64,000 nucleotides of DNA from Patescibacteria group bacterium (GCA_049325535.1 JBMOKY010000001.1:941942-1005941); one strand, 5' to 3'; positions 51,118 through 61,482 are shown, numbered from the stretch's first letter. Notes: a model not told the origin generated them from the letters alone. Translations and numbers: made by a program.

Positions 51118-51258
51118 CCCAGCTATATACCGAAAACATCCAGAGCGACACTGAAGCCCGAGCCACCCGCCGAGCACGGAAAAAAAGAACCACCATGAAG
51201 GTCTCCGGCAGGAGTGTTCGAGAGCTGCAGCAGCTGATTATCAAACGAGGACGACAGC

Positions 51259-51287
51259 TTGACAGGGGGGTATAACTCTGGTATTGT
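51259..51287 (+). promoter_or_regulatory. Candidate promoter TTGACA-N17-TATTGT for secG
   Basis: Spacing counted directly. Confidence 0.4.
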
Positions 51288-51328
51288 ACCGGATAATCGC
51301 TTGCATAAAGCTCTATATTGTAGTCCAT

Positions 51329-51550
51329 ATGGAAAACATACTAAATATTGCGCAAATAATTCTCGCTGCCATCATGGTGACCGCGATTTTGCTCCAAAAT
51401 AAAGGCACCGGACTGGGGGCGGCATTTGGTGGGGGCGAAAACGTCTATAGCACCAAACGCGGGTTTGAGAAGTCACTCTTTATCACCACGATCATCACGA
51501 GCATTCTATTTTTTGCCGTGGCAATCGCAAATATTCTTATCCGCGGATAA
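51329..51550 (+). CDS. secG: preprotein translocase subunit SecG
   Basis: Start at MENILNIAQIILAAIMVTAILLQNKGTGLGAAFGGG…, the SecG signature; the ORF track start 51284 is too far upstream. Confidence 0.8.
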   Translation: MENILNIAQIILAAIMVTAILLQNKGTGLGAAFGGGENVYSTKRGFEKSLFITTIITSILFFAVAIANILIRG

Positions 51551-51582
51551 CTATCCTCTTCGTTAAGTATACGGCACGCATC

Positions 51583-53406
51583 GTGAACAATTTTTTATCG
51601 AAATTTCGTAAACTCAAATCAAGCTCCACCGATACCGACTCCGGAAATGAACGCCGCTTCACGCCGTCGGTCGATGAACGGGCTGACTGGGAAAAACAGC
51701 TTGTTTTTTCGCTGGCTAAGAAACGATTTCCCACCTGGGAGCAGCTACAATACATCCCCCTGTACCTGTCCAAAAAAGAACGGATTATCATCCGCATCCT
51801 GGTTGGTATCATGATAGCCGGCACCCTCTTTCTGCTGGGAAGCTTCTACCAGCGACACGTCGTGCACTTACCCAAAAACGGGGGCGAATACAGCGAAGCG
51901 TTGGTCGGCCAGCCCGCCTATATCAACCCCCTGCTCGCTCAAAGCGACGTGGATCGTGACCTTACCCGCCTGACCTACGCCAGCCTCTTCCGCTATGACG
52001 AAAATCTCCAGTTGGTACCCGACCTGGCGGAAAGCTACACAGTTTCGGAAGACAAAAAAACCTACACCGTCACCCTGCGCGAGGGTCTGACCTGGCAAAA
52101 TGGCAATGCCCTCCTGGCCGATGATGTGCTCTATACATTTGAGACTATCGCGGATTCAGACTACAACAGCCCCTTTTACTCTACCTTCCGGGGGGTTGGC
52201 GTCTCCCGAATCGACGACCGGACGGTCAATTTCACACTGACCGAACCATTTGCCCCGTTCCTGTCCAATCTCACCATCGGTATCCTGCCGGCACACGTCT
52301 GGGGTGATGTCCAGCCGTCAAATTTCCGTCTGGCGGAATACAATACCAAGCCAATCGGATCGGGGCCCTATGTCTTCAATGAATTGACCAAAGACCGGGC
52401 AGGCACGATCAAGACGTACAATCTCATTCGAAACCCACACTACCATGGCAGCTCCCCGTACATCGACAGCCTCACCTTCCGTTTCTATCCGGATTTCGAG
52501 ACCGCACTGGCCGCGCTCAAGAACGGCAATGCCGATGGGATCAGCTACACACCGAAGGATTACCGCGACAGCATCCAAAAAACAGACAGCATCACCATCC
52601 ACTCACTCCAGTTACCCCAGTATACCGCCGTATTCTTCAATCAAAAAAATGACATCTTCAGCAATGAAAATATCACCAAAGCGCTCGCCCTTGGTTCTGA
52701 TCGCCAGCGTATCATCACTGAGGCGCTCAATGGTCAGGGGAAAATAGTTTATGCGCCAATTCTCGAGGGTTTCCTGGGATATGATGCTGATGCCGAACAT
52801 TTTGACTACAATCCCGAACGCGCGGGCCAAGTATTGGATGAGCAAGGATGGACAGTACCTGAAGGGGGCGGTTTGCGGCAAAAAGATGGGAACGAGCTGC
52901 GATTCTCATTGACCACTGTCGACCAGTCTGAATACCTGAAAACCGCCGATATCCTCCGTGAAAATTGGGAGGCCCTGAATATCGGCGTCGAACTAAAAAT
53001 CATGAACCCGAGCCGCGTCGACAAAGAAGTGATCAAACCGCGTAATTACGAAGCGTTCCTCTACGGCGAAATCCTCGGCTCGGATCCGGATCCATATCCA
53101 TTCTGGCACTCCAGCCAAAGTCTCGAGGGTGGTCTCAACCTCTCAAATTATTTCAATAAAGACGCGGATAAACTGCTCGAGGAAGCGCGCCAAACAGACG
53201 ATCCGACCGTCCGAGGCCAAAAATACGTAGAGTTCCAACGGTTACTGATCTCAGATATGCCGGCAGTATTTCTCTACAGTCCCTCGTACGATTATCCAGT
53301 CAATGAAAAAGTGCGCGGTATCAATACGACGCGCATCACTGTTCCATCGGATCGATACAACGGCATCACCAATTGGCATATCAAAACCCAATTAGGGTGG
53401 CACTAG
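51583..53406 (+). CDS. membrane-anchored family-5 solute-binding protein (Opp/Dpp-type SBP), orphan
   Basis: 607 aa with an N-terminal cytoplasmic stretch plus a TM and then an SBP_bac_5-like domain; no permease or ATPase genes are adjacent. Confidence 0.8.
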   Translation: MNNFLSKFRKLKSSSTDTDSGNERRFTPSVDERADWEKQLVFSLAKKRFPTWEQLQYIPLYLSKKERIIIRILVGIMIAGTLFLLGSFYQRHVVHLPKNGGEYSEALVGQPAYINPLLAQSDVDRDLTRLTYASLFRYDENLQLVPDLAESYTVSEDKKTYTVTLREGLTWQNGNALLADDVLYTFETIADSDYNSPFYSTFRGVGVSRIDDRTVNFTLTEPFAPFLSNLTIGILPAHVWGDVQPSNFRLAEYNTKPIGSGPYVFNELTKDRAGTIKTYNLIRNPHYHGSSPYIDSLTFRFYPDFETALAALKNGNADGISYTPKDYRDSIQKTDSITIHSLQLPQYTAVFFNQKNDIFSNENITKALALGSDRQRIITEALNGQGKIVYAPILEGFLGYDADAEHFDYNPERAGQVLDEQGWTVPEGGGLRQKDGNELRFSLTTVDQSEYLKTADILRENWEALNIGVELKIMNPSRVDKEVIKPRNYEAFLYGEILGSDPDPYPFWHSSQSLEGGLNLSNYFNKDADKLLEEARQTDDPTVRGQKYVEFQRLLISDMPAVFLYSPSYDYPVNEKVRGINTTRITVPSDRYNGITNWHIKTQLGWH

Positions 53407-53415
53407 ACGACGTCT

Positions 53416-53502
53416 GGGCGAATGGCGGAACTGGCAGACGCGCACGGTTCAGGGCCGTGTGGGGGCAACCCCGTGGAGGTTCAAGTCCTCTTTCGCCCAC
53501 CA
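53416..53502 (+). tRNA. tRNA-Leu (CAG), CCA encoded
   Basis: Hand-folded class II tRNA: acceptor GGGCGAA/TTCGCCC, anticodon stem CACGG/CCGTG with loop TTCAGGG, 15-nt variable arm, T-arm GGAGG-TTCAAGT-CCTCT, discriminator A, 3' CCA. Confidence 0.9.
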
Positions 53503-53615
53503 ATAAAATTAACCAAACACGACATACCTGCTGATAGTACAGGATCACTGACTACCGGGAGCATCGTGACGGTCGGAGACCAGTACGTCCCCGACACTCT
53601 ATACCTAACACCACT

Positions 53616-55331
53616 ATGACAGTTCACAACAAACACAGAACTAAAAAACCAGAATACCAATCAGCAAAAAAGAAGCTGCGTATCATTCCGCTCGGCGGAC
53701 AAGAAGAAGTCGGTCGGAATATGACCATATTCGAATACGGCACTGACATCATCATCCTCGACATGGGCGTGCAATTTCCCGAGGAAGACATGCCGGGTAT
53801 CGATTATATCGTGCCAAACGTATCCTACCTGAAAGGCAAAGAAAAAAACATCCGTGCGGTCGTCTTTTCCCACGGTCACCTCGATCACATTGGGGCGGCA
53901 CCAATTCTTTTGGAAAAACTACAAAACCCTACGATTATTGGCCGGCCACTGACCCTGGCGCTGATAAAAAATCGCGTCGAAGACTACAAAAAGGGAACCG
54001 CTAAATCGCTTCGCACCATAACCATCAAAAAAGTTACCGACCGCCAACGGCTCGGTGAATTCATCGTCAGCTATTTCCCCGTCGATCACTCCATCATGGA
54101 CGCGGTCGGAGTCATCATTCAGACACCAGCAGGAACCGTGATCCATCCGGGCGATTGGACCTATGAAAAAGATCCGCTGAACCGGACGGCGATCCGGTAT
54201 GACCAGCTGGCTCGGCTGCCGCGCCCAACCGTCCTCATGCTGGAAAGTCTCGGATCCACTAATACCAAGGATCGCGTACCGGAACGGGTGATGCATGACA
54301 ATCTCAATCGTCTCATCCGCGAGGCGCCCGGCCGGGTCATCATCGGGACGTTTTCCTCCCAGATCGAACGTATCAAAAACGTCATTGAATATGCCGGCAG
54401 CCAGGGCAAAAAAATCGCCCTCGACGGATACAGCATGAAATTGAACATCGAGGTAGCCAAACAGCTCGGCTATATCAAACCGCCGCGACACACCCTTATT
54501 CCCGTAGATCAAATCCACCGCTTCCCGGATAAACGGGTGGTGGTACTCTGCACCGGAGCCCAGGGCGAACCCAATGCCGTCCTCTCCCGCATCGTCAACG
54601 GAAGTCATCGATTTGTGAAAGTGAAAAAAACCGATACCATCATATTCTCCTCATCAGTCATCCCGGGTAACGAACGGACCATCCAGCGTCTGAAGGACAA
54701 TCTATACCGATTGAGTGACAATGTCGTCCACAGTGACGTTATGGACATTCATTCCAGCGGCCATAGTACCGCCCAAGATATGGTTGAAGTGGTCAATCAG
54801 ATTAAGCCGACCTATTTCGTCCCCGTCTATGCCAATCACTACTTCCTGAAGGAAGCGGAAAAATTACTTATCCGCCAAAAATTTCCCAAAGACAATATCT
54901 TCATTCTGGATAATGGTCAGGTACTCGAAGTAACCCCAAAGAAAACTCAAAAGCTGAATGAAAAAGTACCCGCCGACTATGTCTTTGTCGATGGTTTAGG
55001 CGTCGGCGATATTTCCCATGTCGTGCTCAGAGATCGGCAGATGCTGGCAGCGGATGGGATGTTGGTTATTATCGTTACTGTTGATAAAAAAACCGGCTCT
55101 ATCGTCGGATCACCGGATATCATCTCCCGCGGCTTTATCTACATGAAACACAGCAAGGAATTGGTAGACTCCGTGCGTACCAAAGTAAGAAAAATCCTAA
55201 AAGACCAGGAACCGCGTGCACAAGCGGATGAAACCTACATCAAAAACAAAATCCGCGATCAGATCGGCCAGTTCCTCTTTACCAAAACTGAACGCCGGCC
55301 AATGGTCTTACCGGTCGTAATTGAAGTTTAA
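53616..55331 (+). CDS. rnj: ribonuclease J (metallo-beta-lactamase/beta-CASP)
   Basis: 571 aa with HGHLDHIGA and beta-CASP motifs and a C-terminal domain. Confidence 0.95.
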   Translation: MTVHNKHRTKKPEYQSAKKKLRIIPLGGQEEVGRNMTIFEYGTDIIILDMGVQFPEEDMPGIDYIVPNVSYLKGKEKNIRAVVFSHGHLDHIGAAPILLEKLQNPTIIGRPLTLALIKNRVEDYKKGTAKSLRTITIKKVTDRQRLGEFIVSYFPVDHSIMDAVGVIIQTPAGTVIHPGDWTYEKDPLNRTAIRYDQLARLPRPTVLMLESLGSTNTKDRVPERVMHDNLNRLIREAPGRVIIGTFSSQIERIKNVIEYAGSQGKKIALDGYSMKLNIEVAKQLGYIKPPRHTLIPVDQIHRFPDKRVVVLCTGAQGEPNAVLSRIVNGSHRFVKVKKTDTIIFSSSVIPGNERTIQRLKDNLYRLSDNVVHSDVMDIHSSGHSTAQDMVEVVNQIKPTYFVPVYANHYFLKEAEKLLIRQKFPKDNIFILDNGQVLEVTPKKTQKLNEKVPADYVFVDGLGVGDISHVVLRDRQMLAADGMLVIIVTVDKKTGSIVGSPDIISRGFIYMKHSKELVDSVRTKVRKILKDQEPRAQADETYIKNKIRDQIGQFLFTKTERRPMVLPVVIEV

Positions 55332-55488
55332 CGAATGCCGCGGAGATTCGAAGGTACGGTACCTGTCGGTAGCACTCACCCCGCATCTGAAGTGAAACGA
55401 CGTGGTGTGGGGTGATATTTCCTGAGCTAATAATGTATACACGGACAATTCCGTCGTCATCGAGGATTAACTGTGCTACAATACCACT

Positions 55489-56613
55489 ATGAACAAGACG
55501 GTATTTTCTGGCATACAACCTTCTGGCCAGCTCCACATCGGCAACTATTACGGCGCCATACGGTCCTGGCTGGAGCTGCAGGCTGACCCAACGCATGACT
55601 GCATATTTGCCGTCGTCGACTATCATGCGCTGACCGAGGGTCCGCGGCCCGCTGATCTGCAGCGGCGCATTTTCGAGACGACAGTCGACTTCGTGGCCGC
55701 CGGTCTCGACCCGAAAAAAAGTATCATCATGCTACAGTCATTTGTACCTGAGCATACTGAGCTTGGGTGGATTTTGAACTGCATCACGCCGATATCCTGG
55801 CTGGAACGCGTGCCCACCTTCAAGGATAAAGCAAAACAATTCAGCGATAATGTAAACATGGGGCTGCTGGATTATCCGGTGCTGATGGCTGCCGATATCC
55901 TGCTGTACAATTCACACCTGGTTCCTGTCGGTCAGGATCAGCTCGCCCACCTAGAACTCGCACGGGAAATTGCCCGGTCATTCAATGCCCGTTACGGTCA
56001 GGTTTTTGTCGAGCCACAATCGCGCGTGACCCCAACCCCGAAAATCATGAGCCTATCCGATCCGACACGCAAAATGAGCAAAAGTCTCGGACCAAAAGCA
56101 TATCTGGCGCTCGCGGATGACCCAGATACCATCCGTAAAAAAATCAAGTCGGCAGTGACTGCCGCCGGAACGGAAAAAGACATAATCCGCCTCTTCCTCA
56201 AACGAAACAAAGAAGTACACATGGAATTCAAAGACATCCCCGCGGCGACCACCATAATCCGCAGTGAGCAGGATCTGTCTGACTTGCAAACCGAGCTCGG
56301 CACGGTCAAATTTCACACCTACATGGCGTATTTCAATATGTATATGCTGCTCTACCTCTTCGGGGAAAAAGCAGACCGCAAACAATTTGTTGACGCACTC
56401 CAATCAGGCGATGTTCGCTTCTCGGTATTTAAGGAAATGCTCATTGAACGTATCATCGCCAACCGAGAACTAGCTGACTTCCGAAAAAAACGCGCCGAAC
56501 TGATCAAATCACCTAAAAAAGTTGAATCACTGCTGATTGCCGGCAGCAAACGCGCCCGAACTATTGCCCAGCGTCATTTACTCCAAATCAAAAAAACAAT
56601 CGGCATTGCATAG
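55489..56613 (+). CDS. trpS: tryptophan--tRNA ligase (with ~40-aa C-terminal/insertional extension)
   Basis: HIGH motif (QLHIGNYYGA) and KMSKS; 374 aa versus ~330 typical. Confidence 0.9.
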   Translation: MNKTVFSGIQPSGQLHIGNYYGAIRSWLELQADPTHDCIFAVVDYHALTEGPRPADLQRRIFETTVDFVAAGLDPKKSIIMLQSFVPEHTELGWILNCITPISWLERVPTFKDKAKQFSDNVNMGLLDYPVLMAADILLYNSHLVPVGQDQLAHLELAREIARSFNARYGQVFVEPQSRVTPTPKIMSLSDPTRKMSKSLGPKAYLALADDPDTIRKKIKSAVTAAGTEKDIIRLFLKRNKEVHMEFKDIPAATTIIRSEQDLSDLQTELGTVKFHTYMAYFNMYMLLYLFGEKADRKQFVDALQSGDVRFSVFKEMLIERIIANRELADFRKKRAELIKSPKKVESLLIAGSKRARTIAQRHLLQIKKTIGIA

Positions 56614-56692
56614 CTGCCAATTCTACCAGCGCATAATTCCCCTCGATCCTTGATTGGGAGCCGAGTTTAGTTTATACCATACCCTGCCTCAA

Positions 56693-57253
56693 TTACGCCT
56701 TCCCGACGTAGTCTCCGGAATCGGTATTGACCACTATCCGATCCCCGGTGGCGATGAAGAGGGGCACATTGACCTCCAGCCCGTTTTCCATGGTGGCTTT
56801 CTTCGTCACTGACCCTTGGGCGGTATCACCTCGGACTCCCGGATCCGCCTGGGTAACCGTATAGGTTACTTTGGTGGGGATTTCTACGGAAATCGGCTGA
56901 CCATTGAAATTGAGCACATCGACTTCCAAATTTTCAATCAAATACTGCGCTGCATCACCGAGCTGCCCGCTGGAAACAAAAAACTGGTCATAGGACTCCT
57001 GATCCATGAAATAATAACTGCCCCCCTCTTGGTAGAGGTAATTCGCTTTGGTCCGGGTGATATCCGCTTCATCAATTTTTTCCTGGCCTTTGAATGATTT
57101 TTCCAAAGTCTGGCCGGTCTTCAAATTTTTCAAGGTAGTGCGCATGACGCCCTGACCCCGACCCATCTTCACAAAGCTATGCTTGGTGATGGCAAACGGC
57201 TCACCATCTACCACAATATACCTGCCCGCCTTCAAATCATTAATCACCAGCAT
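56693..57253 (-). CDS. efp: elongation factor P
   Basis: 186 aa; the loop corresponding to E. coli K34 reads KMGRGQG (Arg at the modified position). Confidence 0.9.
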   Translation of the reverse strand: MLVINDLKAGRYIVVDGEPFAITKHSFVKMGRGQGVMRTTLKNLKTGQTLEKSFKGQEKIDEADITRTKANYLYQEGGSYYFMDQESYDQFFVSSGQLGDAAQYLIENLEVDVLNFNGQPISVEIPTKVTYTVTQADPGVRGDTAQGSVTKKATMENGLEVNVPLFIATGDRIVVNTDSGDYVGKA

Positions 57254-57254
57254 A

Positions 57255-57473
57255 TTATCGAGTGGTATAAGGGATCAGCGCCATGAATCGTGCCCGTTTC
57301 ACGGCTGTCGATAATTTGCGCTGGTGTTTTGCACAAATGCCGGTTTTCTTGCGGGGGAGAATTTTTGCGTACGATGAGAGAAACCGTTTGAGCGTTTCGG
57401 TATCCTGATAGTCAATGTCAACGATACCGTTGATGCAAAAATGGCAATCTTTTTGAAAAGTCTGTTTCATCAT
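57255..57473 (-). CDS. rpsR: 30S ribosomal protein S18
   Basis: 72 aa (…[24 protein letters not shown]…), in the rpsF-ssb-rpsR context. Confidence 0.9.
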   Translation of the reverse strand: MMKQTFQKDCHFCINGIVDIDYQDTETLKRFLSSYAKILPRKKTGICAKHQRKLSTAVKRARFMALIPYTTR

Positions 57474-57479
57474 AGGTTA

Positions 57480-57917
57480 TTAAAAAGGAATATCTTCCAC
57501 GTTAATTTCAGGTTCAGCCGGCTGGCTGGGCTGGGCCCCCTCTGCCTGCGTCGCTGCCGCGGTGCCGCCAGACGGTGCGCTCCCGGCTCGATCAAGCATG
57601 ATTAAATTTTCCACGATTATTTCGGTGCGATACCGTTTGGTGCCGCTCTGATCATCCCAAGAGCGAGTCTGCAGCCGACCTTCAACGTACAATTTGCTGC
57701 CTTTTTTCACGTACTGACCGACGATATCCGCCAATTTCCGCCATACCACTAGATTGTGAAATTCTACCTGTTCCTTCTGCTGGCCGCTCTGATCGGTCCA
57801 GCGGCGATTGGTCGCCAGGCTAAATGATGCGACCGACTGGCCGCCAGATGTGGCGCGTACTTCCGGATCGCGAGTAACGTTGCCGATCAGCATCACTTTA
57901 TTTAAATTCATGGCCAT
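57480..57917 (-). CDS. ssb: single-stranded DNA-binding protein
   Basis: OB fold, a Gly/Gln/Pro-rich tail and the C-terminal acidic tip …DIPF. Confidence 0.9.
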   Translation of the reverse strand: MAMNLNKVMLIGNVTRDPEVRATSGGQSVASFSLATNRRWTDQSGQQKEQVEFHNLVVWRKLADIVGQYVKKGSKLYVEGRLQTRSWDDQSGTKRYRTEIIVENLIMLDRAGSAPSGGTAAATQAEGAQPSQPAEPEINVEDIPF

Positions 57918-57934
57918 AAATAATGTTCCTTATC

Positions 57935-58444
57935 CTAAATATTCTCATCATTGAGCAATTCGTCGAGCTTTTTGTCCAGCTCCTCGAGGCTGACTTTTGG
58001 CGCGCCAATTTCTGCTTGCTGAGCCGCGGCGGTCTGCTGCTGCTCGTGCTTTTCCTTTTCTTGAGCCGCGGCGGCAGCCACATGAGCCTGGTGCACTTTG
58101 CGTTCCTGTATCTTTTCCCGGATTCGTTTCTCCTCAGCGAGCTGTTCCGGAGTCTTTAATTCCTTCTTCACGATCAAATACCGTACCACCTCCGGCATCA
58201 GGTGTAGTGCCCGATCGATCTGGCGGACAGCCGCAGATTCACTGTCAAATTCAGCGCTGTGATAGACGCCCTGCTTGAGACGGCCCAGCGCATACCCCAG
58301 TTTTCGCACACCCCACAGGTCATGCGTGGTTAAGACAGCTCCCGCTTTTACCAAAACATCCCCAACCTGCTTTTGCAGTGCTGCGGTGGCTTCGTCCCCG
58401 CTGGCGGGGGCGGTTATGTATAACAAATGATAATGTTGGCTCAT
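57935..58444 (-). CDS. rpsF: 30S ribosomal protein S6 with ~70-aa charged C-terminal extension
   Basis: The N-terminal ~95 aa are S6-like (MSQHYHLLYITAP…LWGVRKLGYAL…), followed by a Lys/Glu/Gln/Ala-rich tail. Confidence 0.85.
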   Translation of the reverse strand: MSQHYHLLYITAPASGDEATAALQKQVGDVLVKAGAVLTTHDLWGVRKLGYALGRLKQGVYHSAEFDSESAAVRQIDRALHLMPEVVRYLIVKKELKTPEQLAEEKRIREKIQERKVHQAHVAAAAAQEKEKHEQQQTAAAQQAEIGAPKVSLEELDKKLDELLNDENI

Positions 58445-58580
58445 ATATTATGGTCTTAAACGTGCGCCTGCCACATGGGCAGGGGCAATATATGTTAGGT
58501 AGGGTGAGCTTAGCAGGGCGACCAATGGCTGTCAAGGATATGAGCATTCCACCTAGTTCTTTGCTATACTGGTAGATACT

Positions 58581-59828
58581 ATGGCGACACACTGTTTTAT
58601 TCTTGGCAATAACCCAGTCCTTTCGGTGGCCGAATTCTTTCGGGTACGCCGCCGGTTCGGCGACCCGGGAACAATAATCGATATCACCAGCAGTGTTATC
58701 ATTCTGGAAAACGATTCCCGCGCATCTGAGGAATGGCAACGGCTGCTCGGCGGGATCATCAAGGTAGGCCGTATCGTCTCAACCACCGATACAGAAGCGG
58801 AACTCATCGGGCTGCTCACCCCTGCGTTTCTTCGCTCAGAACTACTGGCTCAGGAGGAACAGAAAGTGCAATTCGGCTTTTCCCTCTACGGCCAGCTGTC
58901 ACAGCGTCGCCGCGAATTTTCCGCGCTTGGTATTCAGCTCAAAAAAATGCTGGCAGGTGATGGGCTGAGCGTTCGTTTTATCGATGCTCCGGAAGGCGCT
59001 CTCTCCAGCGTCCAAGTCACAAAAAATTCCGTAATCGAACGCGGAGCGGATATTCTGGTCATCCGCGGCGGACACCGCCTGTACCTGGGCGTCACCGAAG
59101 CAGTACAAGATTTCGAACGCTATTCGCAGCGGGACTACGATCGGCCGAAGCGTGACGCGGTATCAGGCATGCTGCCACCAAAACTTGCCCAAATTATGAT
59201 TAATCTGGCCGGCATAACACCAGACAAACATTTGCTCGACCCTTTTTGTGGATCCGGAACCATCCTCCAGGAAAGCCTGCTCCTCGGCTACCGCCACATC
59301 ACCGGCTCAGACATCAGCGCGACGGCCACCGCCGCATCACAGGCAAACATCACCTGGTTGCATGAACATTTTCCTGATCTGGCCGGGACTGTCCAATTAT
59401 GTACCAGTGATGTCTCCCGTCTGACCGAGGTAATCCCCGTCAATTCTATTGACGCTATCGTTACCGAGCCGTATCTCGGTCCGCCCATCCGCCGCGAGCC
59501 AGAGGTGATCCAGATGCTGACTACTATCCAGGAATTGGAATCGCTATACCTCTCGGCCTTTCGTTCGTTCGCCCAAATACTCAAATACGAAGGTACGGTG
59601 GCCATCGTCTTCCCCCTGTTCAATACCCGGCACGGTATCTACTCGCTGAAGATATTGGAAACGCTCCAGGCCATGGGTTTTGTCCGGGATAATCCCATCC
59701 CTGACTCCGTATCACTTTTTGCCAAAATCGGCCCGACTGCCCGAGGATCGCTGGTGTACCGTCGTGAAGGACAAACGGTGGAACGCGAACTGTTTGTATT
59801 CACATTTAAAAAAACCGAGGCCGTCTGA
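58581..59828 (+). CDS. THUMP-domain RNA methyltransferase (RlmL/Trm14-like m2G-type, SAM-dependent)
   Basis: N-terminal ferredoxin-like/THUMP region and a Rossmann methyltransferase with LDPFCGSGTIL and VTEPYLG motifs. Confidence 0.8.
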   Translation: MATHCFILGNNPVLSVAEFFRVRRRFGDPGTIIDITSSVIILENDSRASEEWQRLLGGIIKVGRIVSTTDTEAELIGLLTPAFLRSELLAQEEQKVQFGFSLYGQLSQRRREFSALGIQLKKMLAGDGLSVRFIDAPEGALSSVQVTKNSVIERGADILVIRGGHRLYLGVTEAVQDFERYSQRDYDRPKRDAVSGMLPPKLAQIMINLAGITPDKHLLDPFCGSGTILQESLLLGYRHITGSDISATATAASQANITWLHEHFPDLAGTVQLCTSDVSRLTEVIPVNSIDAIVTEPYLGPPIRREPEVIQMLTTIQELESLYLSAFRSFAQILKYEGTVAIVFPLFNTRHGIYSLKILETLQAMGFVRDNPIPDSVSLFAKIGPTARGSLVYRREGQTVERELFVFTFKKTEAV

Positions 59829-60304
59829 CGACCCCGGTCACCGTTACTAAAAAATCAGTCAAGCGAGATAACCACCTCCTTATCCCTCAATACAAGGAGC
59901 ATTTTGGATTCGGCAATTCAGGCCGATACTCCAGGGCGGGGGGTCCGTCGCGGTCCCCGCAGGCGGAAACACGCCGCTCCCGGCGCCTTTCCTCGATAGG
60001 GTCAAACGCCCATCACCTCCTTTCACGTACGATGATTGATGTGGATGAAACAGACTGACAAAACAAAGCGTTTCATCATTTCCTCCTTTCGTTCGTGGTT
60101 AAAAGGTGATGATTCACCGCTGCCGGTTTGACCTTCAGCAGCAGTCGCAAAAGGTAATACCGAAGTAACTGATGATTATGCCGATAATCGCCGTGAGCCC
60201 GTTTACACAAAATAAACTCCTTCCTGATGTCCCTGAACAGGTGCGGGTTTTTAATGTTCTCGATATTCTATTCTCCCTTCAGTATAGTACGGCCAGCGAT
60301 AAAA

Positions 60305-61351
60305 TCAAATGCGGAAAAATATAGTATCCCCATCCTGGACCACATATTCCTTGCCCTCGGTCCGCACTTTGCCTAATTCTTTCGCTTTTACTTCCCCACC
60401 ACACTCGACGATGTCCTGCCACGGAGTCACCTCTGCCCGTATAAATTTCTCCTGAAAATCCGTATGTATGACCGCCCCGGCCTGAGGTGCGGTAGCCCCG
60501 CGGGGAATAGTCCAGGCGCGCGTTTCCGTCGGCCCGGCAGTAAAAAAAGTGATCAACCCAAGCAACTCATAGGCGGCGGTAATCAAACGATCCAGACCGG
60601 TTTGTTGCATACCCAAAGATTGGAGATACTCACGGGCGTCAGCCGGGCTCATCGATGCCAGCTCAGCTTCTATTTTCGCGCTGATCACCAGGTGCCCCGG
60701 CGCCGCTTTTGCGATGTCGGTTTCGGCGACATTGAGCACGTACAGCATCGGTTTCATAGTGAGTAAATGCAAATCACGCAAAGCTAAGCGTTCGTCATCA
60801 GTCAAAGTCGCCTGTGATAAAATCGTCCCATGATTAAGGGCATCACGCGCTTTCTCCAGCACTGCTACCTGCCCTTGGGACTCCTTGTCACCGCTTTTAG
60901 CTCGGGGGACCACTTCGGCCAATCGGCGCTCCACCGTGGACAGATCAGCAAACATAAGCTCCATGTTGATAGTCTGTTTATCCGATTCCGGATCAACGCT
61001 GTTATTCACATGGATGACGTTACTGTCCTGAAATTCACGAACCACCTGACAAATCGCGTCTACTTCGCGTATGTGCGACAGAAACTTATTCCCCAGTCCT
61101 TCACCTTTGTGCGCGCCGGCCACCAGCCCGGCGATGTCCACAAATTCAATTACCGTCGGAATCACCTTGGCGGAATTGTACACGGCGGCTAATTGTTCCA
61201 ATCGTCCATCCGGTACCGGCACGGTTCCTACATTCGGATCAATTGTACAAAATGGATAATTCGCCGCATCAACTTGTTTTTTCGTTAATGCCGTAAACAG
61301 GGTTGATTTGCCGACGTTGGGCAGCCCAACTATACCGATAGAAAAGCTCAT
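60305..61351 (-). CDS. ychF: ribosome-binding ATPase YchF (Obg-like)
   Basis: Start placed at MSFSIGIVGLPNVGKSTLF; it has G1-G4 motifs and a C-terminal TGS domain. Confidence 0.9.
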   Translation of the reverse strand: MSFSIGIVGLPNVGKSTLFTALTKKQVDAANYPFCTIDPNVGTVPVPDGRLEQLAAVYNSAKVIPTVIEFVDIAGLVAGAHKGEGLGNKFLSHIREVDAICQVVREFQDSNVIHVNNSVDPESDKQTINMELMFADLSTVERRLAEVVPRAKSGDKESQGQVAVLEKARDALNHGTILSQATLTDDERLALRDLHLLTMKPMLYVLNVAETDIAKAAPGHLVISAKIEAELASMSPADAREYLQSLGMQQTGLDRLITAAYELLGLITFFTAGPTETRAWTIPRGATAPQAGAVIHTDFQEKFIRAEVTPWQDIVECGGEVKAKELGKVRTEGKEYVVQDGDTIFFRI

Positions 61352-61482
61352 ATAGTACCAGTATAGCACAGTATACCGACGTCGCGAGCACGTACACCGC
61401 AACGAATGTAGGGCAGCCGCAATTGTAATGATAGTAAATCGTATGCGCTCGCAATGAAAAGCCTAAGTGCTATACTATTACC

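Noticed and set aside
51118-51258. 26-codon ORF (MKVSGRSVRELQQLIIKRGRQLDRGV) between uvrC and secG
   Set aside because: It has no SD and is too short to call without conservation evidence; it overlaps the putative secG promoter.
53422-53619. 65-aa plus-strand ORF
   Set aside because: It overlaps the hand-folded tRNA-Leu(CAG); the tRNA explains the sequence.
53919-54608. 229-aa minus-strand ORF
   Set aside because: It is antisense to RNase J.
59829-60304. Tested for tmRNA, RNase P RNA and 4.5S SRP RNA signatures
   Set aside because: None of the conserved motifs (GGATTCGACGGG and the 3' tRNA-like end; GGAAAGTCCGG / GGTAAGGGTGAAA; GGUCCGGAAGGAAGCAGC) is present, so the region is kept only as an unclassified ncRNA candidate.
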